From: Armatimonadota bacterium
Lineage (GTDB): Bacteria > Armatimonadota > UBA5829 > DTLH01
Length of the DNA stretch: 33,264 nucleotides
Direction: 5' to 3'
Assembly: GCA_039679675.1 (NCBI GenBank)
Contig: JBDKUN010000012.1
Coordinates: 1-33,264, forward strand
How positions within the stretch are numbered: position 1 is the first letter of the stretch; every line of letters starts with the position of its first letter. The translations under genes were made by a program, and so were the position numbers. The notes under the pieces are model-generated. The model was given only the letters and a program-made list of their open reading frames with translations. It did not search any database and was not told the origin of the DNA. Shown here piece after piece: positions 8,551 to 17,785 of the stretch.

Positions 8551-9372
8551 ATGGATTTATTCTCTCTCGACGGCAAAACAGCCGTCGTTCTTGGAGGAGC
8601 AGGTGTTCTGGGAACATCTATCTCGGAAGGGCTCGCCGGTGCAGGCGCGACCGTAGTGGTATGCGACCTGTCGGAAGAACGGGTGGAGTCTACCGTTAAT
8701 AAGATTACCGCAAGCGGTGCGAAGGCATCGGGATATAAAGTAAATGCTATGTGCAAGGAGTCTCTGGAAGAGGCATGCGGGCTCATTACACAAAAGTTCG
8801 AGACTATCGACATTCTTATTAACGCTGTCGGCGGCAACAGGCCTGACGCTACCTGCTACGATGCCGAGGGTTTCTTCAATGCGCCGGCAGACGCTCTTCG
8901 AAACGTGGTAGACCTCAATCTGTTCGGCGGAGCGGTCCTTCCTTCACAGGTTTTCGGCAAATGCATGTCCGCACAGCCAAACGGCGGCGCGATAATCAAT
9001 ATATCGTCCATGAACGCGTTCCGTCCGCTCACATGGGTAGTCGGCTACTCGGCAGCGAAGGCCGCGGTCAGCAACTTTACCCAGTGGCTGTCCGTATGCC
9101 TCGCACAGAGCGGGCACACCAACCTCCGGGTCAACGCAATCGCGCCGGGATTCTTTCTGACGGAGCAGAACAGGTTCCTCCTAACGGACAAAGACTCCGG
9201 TGAACTGACCGCCCGTGGTCAGAGTATCATCGGGCACACTCCTATGGGGCGCTTCGGCGATCCGTCCGACCTGATCGGCACGATTATCTGGCTTGCCTCG
9301 GACGCATCGAAGTTTGTCACTGGTATCGTCGTACCGATAGACGGCGGGTTCTCTGCATTTTCAGGAGTTTAA
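8551..9372 (+). CDS. SDR oxidoreductase, D-mannonate oxidoreductase (UxuB-like) group
   Basis: GGAGVLG, NISSMNAFRPLT, YSAAK, NFTQWL, NAIAPGFFLTEQNR, TPMGRFG, DGGFSAFSGV; upstream of a uronate isomerase. Confidence 0.85.
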   Translation: MDLFSLDGKTAVVLGGAGVLGTSISEGLAGAGATVVVCDLSEERVESTVNKITASGAKASGYKVNAMCKESLEEACGLITQKFETIDILINAVGGNRPDATCYDAEGFFNAPADALRNVVDLNLFGGAVLPSQVFGKCMSAQPNGGAIINISSMNAFRPLTWVVGYSAAKAAVSNFTQWLSVCLAQSGHTNLRVNAIAPGFFLTEQNRFLLTDKDSGELTARGQSIIGHTPMGRFGDPSDLIGTIIWLASDASKFVTGIVVPIDGGFSAFSGV

Positions 9373-9375
9373 CTA

Positions 9376-10503
9376 ATGATTACATCAAACAATATTCCAT
9401 CCAGTATGAAAGCCGTAGTGCTTGAGAAACCGAACACACTCACATACAGAGAAATTCCGGTATGGCCGGTAGATTCTTATGGCGATTCCGACCTCGTTTT
9501 GGTGGAAGTCGACTCCTGCGGAGTTTGCGGGTCGGATTTCCGCTATTATGCAGGTGAAAACCCCTGGGCGCAGCACACGCTCGGCCGCCATATGGACAAC
9601 CCGCCGAACATCGTGCTCGGCCATGAGTTCGCGGGCAAGGTCGTGGCGGTAGTGGACGAGAAAAACGCCCATCTTCTGGGTAAACGGGTGGCTCCGGTCT
9701 GCTCAAAAACGTGCGGCGAGTGTTCGGACTGCAAGGCCGGGCGGCACGAACTCTGCGCAAAGACAGTCCACATGGGCCATGGCCAGGGCTGGGGAGTGCA
9801 GCCGTTCTATCCCGGCGCTTACGCGCAGTATGTCCCTTCATGGGGGGCGAACTGCTATGAGATTCCTGAAAATATCAGCTACGAAGAAGCCTCTATGATG
9901 GATATTCTGGCGGTATGCGTCCACGTTGCCAAAAACGGAAATATCGCACCCGGAAGACCGGTCCTTATCATGGGTGCAGGTCCTGCGGGGAACGGAATAG
10001 CCCAGGCTGCGAAGGCTATGGGAGCGAGCGAAGTCGTCATTACGGACAGAATGGACACTGCGCTCAATATGGCAAAGAGCACCGGGATAGATCATGTAGT
10101 CGATGTTCGTGGAAAGTCACAGGAAGAGCTCCAAAAAGAGCTTGCCGGGTTCGCTCCGGAAGGCTACGGCAGCGTTTTCGACAGCATCGGCACGAAAGAG
10201 AGCTTTGCGCTTGGAGTGAAGCTCCTCGGAAAGGCCGCAACGCTCGTAAATATGGCAGTCCACGACGAGGAGTTCCCAGTAAACTTCATGTCACTCGGCT
10301 CGGAGCGAAAAATAACGACTTCCTGCAACTTCGCGGTCGAAGACTTCCCGCTAGCGCTCTCCTGGCTGGCGTCAGGCAAGTTCAAGGTGAACCACTGGCT
10401 GACGGAGATAAAACTGTGCGACGTTCCGAAGGTATTTGCCGAAATAAGCAAGTCGCAGGGCGAACGAGACGCGTTCAAGCTGGTTATCAGGAATCAGAAA
10501 TGA
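9376..10503 (+). CDS. Zinc-dependent (MDR) sugar/polyol dehydrogenase
   Basis: CGSD, GHE, structural Zn CGECSDC..C, GAGPAG; start could be 9406. Confidence 0.9.
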   Translation: MITSNNIPSSMKAVVLEKPNTLTYREIPVWPVDSYGDSDLVLVEVDSCGVCGSDFRYYAGENPWAQHTLGRHMDNPPNIVLGHEFAGKVVAVVDEKNAHLLGKRVAPVCSKTCGECSDCKAGRHELCAKTVHMGHGQGWGVQPFYPGAYAQYVPSWGANCYEIPENISYEEASMMDILAVCVHVAKNGNIAPGRPVLIMGAGPAGNGIAQAAKAMGASEVVITDRMDTALNMAKSTGIDHVVDVRGKSQEELQKELAGFAPEGYGSVFDSIGTKESFALGVKLLGKAATLVNMAVHDEEFPVNFMSLGSERKITTSCNFAVEDFPLALSWLASGKFKVNHWLTEIKLCDVPKVFAEISKSQGERDAFKLVIRNQK

Positions 10504-11738
10504 AAGATAGAGCGACAATCAAAAACGCAGTGCTTAAGGTGATGGCGGAGACCAAAGTCACCGATATTCACACCCATCTTTATGCGCCGGACTTCGGAGG
10601 GCTCCTCCTCTGGGGGATAGATGACCTTCTGACCTACCATTACCTGGTTGCCGAGGCGATGCGCTGGAGTAATTTATCTTATGATGCATTCTGGGCGCTT
10701 TCGAAGCAGGAACAGGCCGATCATGTTTGGAAAGTCCTATTCATCGACCACTCGCCCATAAGCGAGTCCTGCCGGGGCGTCCTGACTATACTCGAATCCC
10801 TGGGGCTGGATGTCTCTTCGCGCGACCTGAACTCCTACCGGGAGTATTTCAGCAAAATGGATGTTGATAAATACGTTGACCGGGCTTTCGAACTGACCGG
10901 CATAACGAGCGCCGTTATGACAAACGACCCGTTCGACGATGCCGAGCGGAAAGTCTGGCTGAACGGTCGGCAAGATGACCCCAGGTTCCACGCAGCCCTC
11001 CGGCTCGATGTGATGCTGAACTCCTGGAAGACGGCGTATCCTATGATGAAAAGCTGGGGATACGACGTCAGCGAAGCCGTAACGGGCACGACGGTTAAAG
11101 AAGTTCGCCGGTTTCTCAAAGACTGGATAGAGCGTATGGGCGCGCTCTATATGGCAGTCTCGCTGCCTCCGACCTTCGACTTCCCTGAAGACTCGGCACG
11201 CGGCAAACTGATAGCGGAGTGCGTAATCCCTGTTGCTGAGGAAGTCAAAATCCCGGTTGCGGTCATGATCGGTGTAAGAAGGCAGGTAAACCCCAGCCTA
11301 AAGCTCGCCGGAGATGCAGCCGGAAAGGGCAATGTCCAGGCGATAGAGCGGCTCTGCTCCACATATCCGAACGTCAAGTTCCTTGCCACTATGCTCTCGC
11401 GCGAAAACCAGCACGAGCTCTGCATAGCAGCAAGAAAATTCAGAAACCTGATGATTTTCGGCTGCTGGTGGTTCCTGAACAGCCCCGGAATCATAGAGGA
11501 TATGACCCGGACGAGGTTCGAAATGCTGGGACTGAGCGTTATACCTCAGCATTCGGACGCAAGAGTGCTGGACCAGGTGATTTACAAATGGACTCACTCA
11601 CGGAAGGTCATAGCCGAAGTCTTGACGGAGAAGTATCTAGACATCGCCGCCACAGGCTGGAAAATCACGGAAGATGAGATTCGAAGAGACGTCTCCGGCC
11701 TCTTCGGCGGCAACTTCTGGAAATTCATCAAAAAGTAG
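10500..11738 (+). CDS. uxaC: Uronate (glucuronate) isomerase, BH0493-like type
   Basis: TDIHTHL, LLTYHYLVAE, MTNDPFD, GCWWFLN, HSDARVLDQ; ATGA overlap with the preceding gene. Confidence 0.9.
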   Translation: MKDRATIKNAVLKVMAETKVTDIHTHLYAPDFGGLLLWGIDDLLTYHYLVAEAMRWSNLSYDAFWALSKQEQADHVWKVLFIDHSPISESCRGVLTILESLGLDVSSRDLNSYREYFSKMDVDKYVDRAFELTGITSAVMTNDPFDDAERKVWLNGRQDDPRFHAALRLDVMLNSWKTAYPMMKSWGYDVSEAVTGTTVKEVRRFLKDWIERMGALYMAVSLPPTFDFPEDSARGKLIAECVIPVAEEVKIPVAVMIGVRRQVNPSLKLAGDAAGKGNVQAIERLCSTYPNVKFLATMLSRENQHELCIAARKFRNLMIFGCWWFLNSPGIIEDMTRTRFEMLGLSVIPQHSDARVLDQVIYKWTHSRKVIAEVLTEKYLDIAATGWKITEDEIRRDVSGLFGGNFWKFIKK

Positions 11739-11745
11739 TATTCTC

Positions 11746-11782
11746 TGGCATGTATCAGGGCTCCCCGTCCTGATACATGCCA
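11746..11782. terminator. 14-bp inverted repeat after the uronate operon
   Basis: TGGCATGTATCAGG-N9-CCTGATACATGCCA, 8 nt after the stop; no clear U-tract. Confidence 0.55.
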
Positions 11783-11921
11783 ACGGTATTTATACTTACC
11801 GTAAAGCCAGGCGCGCTTTACGGTGTGAATACAACTAATATAAATACAAAGTCAGTTCTGAGATTTCCGAATTTAGATGCATCAAGTGGGGCTGTGCTTT
11901 CGCCCCAGGGTGACCGTGCAA
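11782..11921 (+). pseudogene. 140-bp remnant paralogous to 12589-12728
   Basis: Ungapped match with 9 substitutions to an internal part of the downstream gene. Confidence 0.8.
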
Positions 11922-12001
11922 AACGATAAGACGCTATAGGTTATACAGATATACACGAAACGGGTTTGTTGGAGGATGAGTCCGCTTTCAAAAGGAAAAA
12001 T

Positions 12002-13180
12002 ATGCCAGTGAAAAAGCTGTACCTCATAACAATTGTAGTGTTGATGCTAATTGCCCTTGGTTTGTGGATAGGCATACATGAGACCAAATCGCAAGGGAGA
12101 GCTTTTTCGTTCAAGGTTATGGCGCCATTACCCACTAATAGCCGATATTGGACAATATATTGGGCAGGAGGGCTGATAACGCAAGGTGGCGATAGTAAAT
12201 CTCAATACTTTTTTGTTAAGGATAAACTCATCCAGGTAGGCAAAACGCTGCCTGATGCTGTGGTGCTATCAAGTTATTGCAAAGACAAATATCTCTTCAG
12301 CTGGTTTGGTGAACCAAGGTCAGAATATCTTGGAGTATTTGATTTGGATGCCGGCAAGGCAGAGAAGATAATATCCCATGACAATGCGACTTTCATTGAA
12401 AATACAGTAATGGATTCAGGATGTAATTGGAGCCCTGACTATAGGACACTGATTGCGTGGGCACGTGAAGATGGCCGGGTCGAACCGGATACTTTAGCTT
12501 TTGTTGATAGAGCCTCAGGTCATATAAGAAAATGGAAAGCTCATTCTGGAGTTGTAAAATCAACGGCATGGCCTGAAAGTGAGCCTCGAACGGTATTTAT
12601 ACTTACCGTAAGGCCAGGCGCGCTTTATAGTGTGAATACAACAAATATAAATACAAAGTCAGTCCTGAGACTTCCGAATTTAGATGCGTCAAGTGGAGCT
12701 GTGCTTTCGCCCAAGGGTGACCGTGCAATCGGATTTGGGCCTACTCGCTCTTGGGCCGATGGAACAAGGTATAAAGATGGCCGCTGGACGAACTATTTCC
12801 ATTTCACAGGGACATTCTACTTGGATTTCAAGCATCAAACGCTGAAACGGCCACTAAAAACAGCCGATGGGCAGGATATGAGTAAGCTAATGATAGATTC
12901 AGCTTTTTGGTCTCCAAATGGAACGAAATTAGCTGTGTTGGCTTACGGTAAAACCAACACGTCTCCACATCTCTATATAGGCGATCCTGCTAAATCACTG
13001 ACACCGGTCAGGTTAAGCAGGAGATATAGATTCGTAGGCTATAACGATAAAGGATTAACCGATCATCAACTGGCTTGGGATCAAGATAACACTTGCTTAT
13101 ACGCGGTAGTAATAGACAAATTAGCGGGTCTTGAAGGGAAAGTGCAGTATATCATTATAAAGATCAATACTCAGAACTAG
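12002..13180 (+). CDS. Exported/anchored protein, probable TolB/PD40-like beta-propeller
   Basis: N-terminal TM (LITIVVLMLIALGLWIG); repeated WSPDY, LSPKG, WSPNGTKLA, WDQD motifs. Confidence 0.7.
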   Translation: MPVKKLYLITIVVLMLIALGLWIGIHETKSQGRAFSFKVMAPLPTNSRYWTIYWAGGLITQGGDSKSQYFFVKDKLIQVGKTLPDAVVLSSYCKDKYLFSWFGEPRSEYLGVFDLDAGKAEKIISHDNATFIENTVMDSGCNWSPDYRTLIAWAREDGRVEPDTLAFVDRASGHIRKWKAHSGVVKSTAWPESEPRTVFILTVRPGALYSVNTTNINTKSVLRLPNLDASSGAVLSPKGDRAIGFGPTRSWADGTRYKDGRWTNYFHFTGTFYLDFKHQTLKRPLKTADGQDMSKLMIDSAFWSPNGTKLAVLAYGKTNTSPHLYIGDPAKSLTPVRLSRRYRFVGYNDKGLTDHQLAWDQDNTCLYAVVIDKLAGLEGKVQYIIIKINTQN

Positions 13181-13307
13181 TGGTTTGTTAACTTGAATGT
13201 TAATAAATAGCATGTCATCCTGAGCGAAGCGAAGGATCTCAACCACCCGACATTTTGAGATTCTTCACTGCGTTCAGAATGACATAATCAACTTAACTAA
13301 GCACTAG
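13177..13307. mobile_element. MITE-like element carrying a palindromic repeat
   Basis: Terminal IRs CTAGTGGTTTGTTAACTTGA and reverse-complement CTAGTGCTTAGTTAAGTTGA (17/20); internal ATGTCATCCTGAGCGAAGCGAAGGATCTC...GAGATTCTTCACTGCGTTCAGAATGACAT (13212-13285). Confidence 0.65.
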
Positions 13308-13339
13308 CCAACCTTCTCCCGCAGAAGGAGTTTAGCTCG

Positions 13340-13852
13340 ATGCGCACAAAGTATATCACTCTTCCGGCTGTTCTTCTGATGACGCTCCTAATCGCGGCAT
13401 TCGGAGACAACACCAACAAAACGGCCGATCAACATGCAGGATTACAGCTCAAAATACAGAAAATTAACAGCGCTATCGCTCCGGGAAAGCCAGCTGAGGT
13501 AAAAATCAGCCTCGCAAATACAAGTGACAAGGCTATTTGGGTTGAAAACCGGCTGCAACTTGGATATCACATAAACCTGTATGTTTTGGACAAGAATAGC
13601 CGTCCAGCAGGGCTAGTTTATCCATCGTATACTCTGGTTTTACCGAGTAAGAAAGACTTTGTCCGATTGAAACCGGGACAGAGTATATCGACAACAATGG
13701 AAATCTCTAAAGATATGCTCCCTGGATTCGCCTGGCAGCCTGCCTATTGGACGTTTGTTACTAAAGTGGTAATTTTCGAAACCGGCTCCAAATTCGGCAT
13801 TCAAGGCTGGACTGGCACTCTAAAATCTTATGTACAGCTAAAAGTTGAGTGA
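13340..13852 (+). CDS. Hypothetical secreted protein (beta-sandwich-like)
   Basis: SD AAGGGAG, signal peptide, ISLANTSDKAIWV and LKPGQS motifs. Confidence 0.7.
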   Translation: MRTKYITLPAVLLMTLLIAAFGDNTNKTADQHAGLQLKIQKINSAIAPGKPAEVKISLANTSDKAIWVENRLQLGYHINLYVLDKNSRPAGLVYPSYTLVLPSKKDFVRLKPGQSISTTMEISKDMLPGFAWQPAYWTFVTKVVIFETGSKFGIQGWTGTLKSYVQLKVE

Positions 13853-13933
13853 AGTCAGCAGTCTCCTTGCTTTCAAGATTTCAGGATGAATACTTACCAA
13901 TACATCCAAAACGCTATTACACAGGTGATTTCC

Positions 13934-15205
13934 ATGCGAAAGCTAATAGTTGTAGCTACACTCCTGATATTGGCATCAGCGGTCTCCCAGGTGAATGCAG
14001 ATGGGGTATTCCTCATGCAGAAAGAATCGAATCTGGCACCGGGAAGCCATGCCAGAGATATTACTGAACCCATTCAGAAAGCGCTGGTTATCTATGACAA
14101 GGGAGTGGAGACTCTTGTGCTTCAGGTCAGTTACAAGGGCAGCGTTTCCAGGTTTGCCTGGCTCGTCCCTACTCCCTCAAAGCCGAAAGTTTCGAAGGTA
14201 GACACGCCCGTTTTCCACTGGCTGCACCGCGCCACAGCGCCTACAGTGCGTTACTGGTTCGACGCAAACCATAAGCTTTATGCTTATGGTTATCCAAAAT
14301 CACTTACCGCAGTTATACCAGCACCAGGTGCTCTCGACGTCCAGGTTCTGGAGAAAAAGCAGGTAGGCGTATATGATATTGCTGTCCTACGCGCGGGAAA
14401 CGCGGAAGACCTTCTTCAGTGGCTGAGAGACCATAACTACCAGATTGCGCCGAAGCTTGCCCCGGTAGTCTCGGATTATATCCAGCGCGGATGGGTATTT
14501 ACGGCAATGCGGATCAATACCGGCCACCAAAACGAAGTATCCAAGCGCCTGCACGAGGGTGTTCTTCAATCCCTTAAGTTCAAATTTCGTGTTTCCGAGC
14601 CTGTATATCCTCTTAAGGTATCTGCGCTCAACAAGGGAAAAACGGACATCCTCCTTTATGTTCTTGCACAACGCCGCGTTGAGATGCCGCTCATGAAAAC
14701 AGAGTGTTCAATCAACTATTACAATCCATATTTACTGTCCTGGGCTGATTCTGAGCTACCTCCCCGGCTTACGAAGCTCACAGCACAGCTTTCACCGGAA
14801 CAGATGACGCATGACCTTCTTCTCAAGCCTGCCAAGACAAACGACATAATGCTTACTAAACCTGTCTCGCCGCCTTTTCTTGAGAACCTCGGAGCTTCTT
14901 CTCTTCTGCTTGTGAAAAATACACTGACTTACCCAAGTTCGCTGATTGTGCTCGGATGCACTGCCCTTGTCGCACTGAGCCCGTTCGGGAGGAAACGCTG
15001 GCGCATATGGATTGCTGCAGGGATAATATTCGTCATTGTGGCTATTCCTCAGTGTAGCAAGGACGCTGCGATGCTGACAGCCAGTAGGCTACAGAAAAAT
15101 GGAGGATACGCTCCGGCCGGTATATGGACGCTTGTAATTATTGGCATAGTATTGGGAAGTATTGCGTTTTCTATTGTGCGAAATACTCGCAAACGCTGTG
15201 ATTAA
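13934..15205 (+). CDS. DUF2330-like exported protein with C-terminal TM helices
   Basis: QKALVIYD, FAWLVPTPSKP, VGVYDIAVL, LLQWLRDHNY, PVYPLKVS; start MRKLIV with SD AGGTGA. Confidence 0.8.
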   Translation: MRKLIVVATLLILASAVSQVNADGVFLMQKESNLAPGSHARDITEPIQKALVIYDKGVETLVLQVSYKGSVSRFAWLVPTPSKPKVSKVDTPVFHWLHRATAPTVRYWFDANHKLYAYGYPKSLTAVIPAPGALDVQVLEKKQVGVYDIAVLRAGNAEDLLQWLRDHNYQIAPKLAPVVSDYIQRGWVFTAMRINTGHQNEVSKRLHEGVLQSLKFKFRVSEPVYPLKVSALNKGKTDILLYVLAQRRVEMPLMKTECSINYYNPYLLSWADSELPPRLTKLTAQLSPEQMTHDLLLKPAKTNDIMLTKPVSPPFLENLGASSLLLVKNTLTYPSSLIVLGCTALVALSPFGRKRWRIWIAAGIIFVIVAIPQCSKDAAMLTASRLQKNGGYAPAGIWTLVIIGIVLGSIAFSIVRNTRKRCD

Positions 15206-15287
15206 CTGCGGATGTAAAAAACGGAGATATAGTCCTTCGGGACGAGCGCTTCTATTACTGCGACATATTTTCTGATAAATATTAATC

Positions 15288-15321
15288 TTGATGGCCCAGG
15301 GCAAGTCCCCTGGGCCATCAA
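15288..15321. terminator. Hairpin between convergent genes
   Basis: TTGATGGCCCAGGG-CAAGTC-CCCTGGGCCATCAA 14-bp perfect stem. Confidence 0.7.
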
Positions 15322-15340
15322 TTAAGCTGGCAGCTAAAAG

Positions 15341-16369
15341 CTACTCTACCGAAGTTACCTTGCTTCCGTAGATATAATCTCCCGGAACCTTGTTGTAGCG
15401 TCTCGCGATGGCTTCCAGCATCACTTCGTGCGTCGCTGCTGCCGCTAAAGCAAAGAGTTCTTCCCCTACTTCCGGTACCACGAGCACCTGGTTCGCGCCG
15501 GGAAGGTCGAACTTGCGGTCGGTGATGACTACGACGTGGCTCCCCTTTTCGGCGACTTCCACCGCCATAGATTTAAGCAGTTCGTAGGTCTTGCCGTTCG
15601 GGATGAACATCATACAGGTGTGGTTCGAACCTACAAGCTCGAATGGGCCGTGGCGGAACTGTCCACCGACAAGCGGAGTGGCGGATGTGTTGCATCCCTC
15701 CATGAAAGTGAGCGTTGCCTGCCTTGCGGCTACCATGCTGGGCCCTCGTCCGATCATTTGGACGACGTTTGCGGCGCGGCATATATCTGCGGCACGCTCG
15801 ACGCCCTCGCTGTCATACTGGTCCATTACGTCGGCGACGTGAGCCAACTCGTCGAGCGCCTTGTCTATAGCTGCCTGGCCGTTCAGCGCCTTAGCCATCA
15901 GGTAAAGCACTCCCAAAGTGTTGATATAGGTCTTCGATGCTATAGAGTTCTCGCTGCCCGCATACATCGGCAGCACCAGTTTCGCCGCTCTCGCGAGCGT
16001 GCTCCCCTCGGTGTTCGTGATGGTGACCAGAGCCGCATCTTTAGGCAGAATGCCGAGCAGTTTTCTTGTCTCGACACTCTCGCCGGACTGGCTGACCAGC
16101 ACAGGCAGTCCCTTTACCGGCCTCGGATAATGCAGCAGTTCGCTCGAATCGATCGTTGTCGCGTCGACTCCGCTTATCGCCATCGATAGGATGACCATCT
16201 CAGGGGCGAATTTGGACGTTCCCATCCCGGAGAAAACCACCTGCCCGCTCTTTTTAGCCATTTCAGCCCACTGATGTAGAAGCGGCTGACCATCTTTTCT
16301 ATAGAAATTGATGAGGTCACGCAGCGCCTCCGGCTGCATGGCAACATCCGATAAAAACTTACCCTGCAT
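15341..16369 (-). CDS. Double-SIS sugar-phosphate isomerase/deaminase (GlmS-isomerase/AgaS/FrlB-like)
   Basis: GMGTS, VSQSGESVET, ITNTEGSTLA, ASKTY, FRHGPFE; no glutaminase domain. Confidence 0.88.
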   Translation of the reverse strand: MQGKFLSDVAMQPEALRDLINFYRKDGQPLLHQWAEMAKKSGQVVFSGMGTSKFAPEMVILSMAISGVDATTIDSSELLHYPRPVKGLPVLVSQSGESVETRKLLGILPKDAALVTITNTEGSTLARAAKLVLPMYAGSENSIASKTYINTLGVLYLMAKALNGQAAIDKALDELAHVADVMDQYDSEGVERAADICRAANVVQMIGRGPSMVAARQATLTFMEGCNTSATPLVGGQFRHGPFELVGSNHTCMMFIPNGKTYELLKSMAVEVAEKGSHVVVITDRKFDLPGANQVLVVPEVGEELFALAAAATHEVMLEAIARRYNKVPGDYIYGSKVTSVE

Positions 16370-16401
16370 ATTGCGACTCCTTCTGAATTCTTTTTGTTAT
16401 T

Positions 16402-16995
16402 TTAATCCAGCACATTTACACGCTTCAGCGGCCAGTAGCGAAGCCATGCTTTGGCGCGGATATTCTTTATGGGAAGCTCACCCCAGTCGCGGCTGTCCCT
16501 GCTGTTATCCCTGTAGTCACCCATCACGAACAGGTTGCCTTTTCCGATCTTTTCAGGACCGAAATCCCCATGCGGGGTGCGTATCAGATAAGGCTCGACC
16601 AACGGACGCTGGTCTATGAAGACCTGCCCTCTGTGTATCTCTATAGTCTCGCCGGGCAACCCTACTATCCGCTTTATGAACGCTCTTCTGGGGTCCCGTG
16701 GATAACTGAAGACGATAATATCGCCTCTGGCTGGAGTTTTGAACCTGTAGATGAACTTATTTCCGAGAATACGCTCGCCGGTCCGAAGGTTCGGCTCCAT
16801 GCAGCTTCCTGAAACAGCAAACCCCTGCACCACGAACGTGACGAGGAACAGAAATATCACAACCGTAACCACCGCTGACTGAAGCCACGCCCTGGCTGTC
16901 ATAGCAGTGTTTACACTACGCTCAGGTTTATCGTCCTCGGCTTCTGAAACCGGCAGTTGCTTTAAAGAGGTATCTAGCTCTTCGATAACCGGCAT
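16402..16995 (-). CDS. lepB: Signal peptidase I family (S26), with Cys at the nucleophile position
   Basis: One TM; box B VSGSCMEPNL, RGDIIVF, FIKRIVGLPGE, FVMGDYRDNSRDSRDWG. Confidence 0.92.
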   Translation of the reverse strand: MPVIEELDTSLKQLPVSEAEDDKPERSVNTAMTARAWLQSAVVTVVIFLFLVTFVVQGFAVSGSCMEPNLRTGERILGNKFIYRFKTPARGDIIVFSYPRDPRRAFIKRIVGLPGETIEIHRGQVFIDQRPLVEPYLIRTPHGDFGPEKIGKGNLFVMGDYRDNSRDSRDWGELPIKNIRAKAWLRYWPLKRVNVLD

Positions 16996-17093
16996 GAAAA
17001 TATCCGTCTAAAAATTGATAGAGGCAACCACAGAGTTTTGGCAGTTAATTTAACGAATAATAAATATCATCTCAGCCAAAACTCTTCAATTGG

Positions 17094-17780
17094 CTAGCCA
17101 GGGTCCGATACTCCCGGCCAGCAGTAAGGTGTCCCTGAAATCTTTCGTTTGATGCGGGCAAGCGCATTATCGACCGATTTGGTCTTGCACTCAAGCTCGC
17201 AGGCAATCTCTCTATAAGACTTTCCGACCTGATAGCCCGCCAGCACACGCCACTCGAAGTCGGACAGCAGTCTCCTCAGCATATCCTGAAGCCTTTTTGT
17301 ATCCTCTCTCTTCAGGACCAGTTCCTCAGGATCCACTGTATCATCCGCGACCAATATCTCGGCAAGGTTCCACTCCGATTCGCTGTCGTCAGATGGATAC
17401 TCGAGCGATACGGACGTATTAAGAGGAGCCTGTTTCTGTCTTGTAGCAGTCTTGATAGCCGTTATGACATGGCGCTCTATGCAGATCCGGGCAAAGGACA
17501 GAAAAGAAATGTCCTTATCGGCACGGTAGTCGAGCACGGCCTGCCAGAGCCCGATCATACCGATCTGAAGCAGGTCTTCTTTCTCCGCTCCCAGAAGGAA
17601 ATAGGATCTGACCTTGGTCCGCACGAGACTGCGGTATTTGTACAGCAGGTACTCGGCGGCGGACTGAACTCCTGCCTGAGCTATCTCGACTATCTTCTGA
17701 TCGGAGAGATTGGCATAACAACTCGGACTTATCCGGCGATCTTCCGCAAAAGCATACACCTGCTCGACGGTTTTGCTCAT
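17094..17780 (-). CDS. sigH: RNA polymerase sigma factor, SigH-like
   Basis: YFLLGAEKEDLLQIGMIGL, ITAIKTATRQKQAPLN, LSDFEWRVL, KSVDNALARIKRK match the Firmicute SigH pattern. Confidence 0.88.
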   Translation of the reverse strand: MSKTVEQVYAFAEDRRISPSCYANLSDQKIVEIAQAGVQSAAEYLLYKYRSLVRTKVRSYFLLGAEKEDLLQIGMIGLWQAVLDYRADKDISFLSFARICIERHVITAIKTATRQKQAPLNTSVSLEYPSDDSESEWNLAEILVADDTVDPEELVLKREDTKRLQDMLRRLLSDFEWRVLAGYQVGKSYREIACELECKTKSVDNALARIKRKISGTPYCWPGVSDPG

Positions 17781-17785
17781 AACGT

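Noticed and set aside
9915..10499. 607-aa ORF as an N-terminally extended uronate isomerase
   Set aside because: The extension is an off-frame shadow of the Zn-dehydrogenase; the real start is the ATG at 10500.
11782..12728. Diversity-generating retroelement TR/VR pair
   Set aside because: Differences are not adenine-specific (only 2 of 9 are at A in the intergenic copy), the match is mid-gene, and no reverse transcriptase is in the window.
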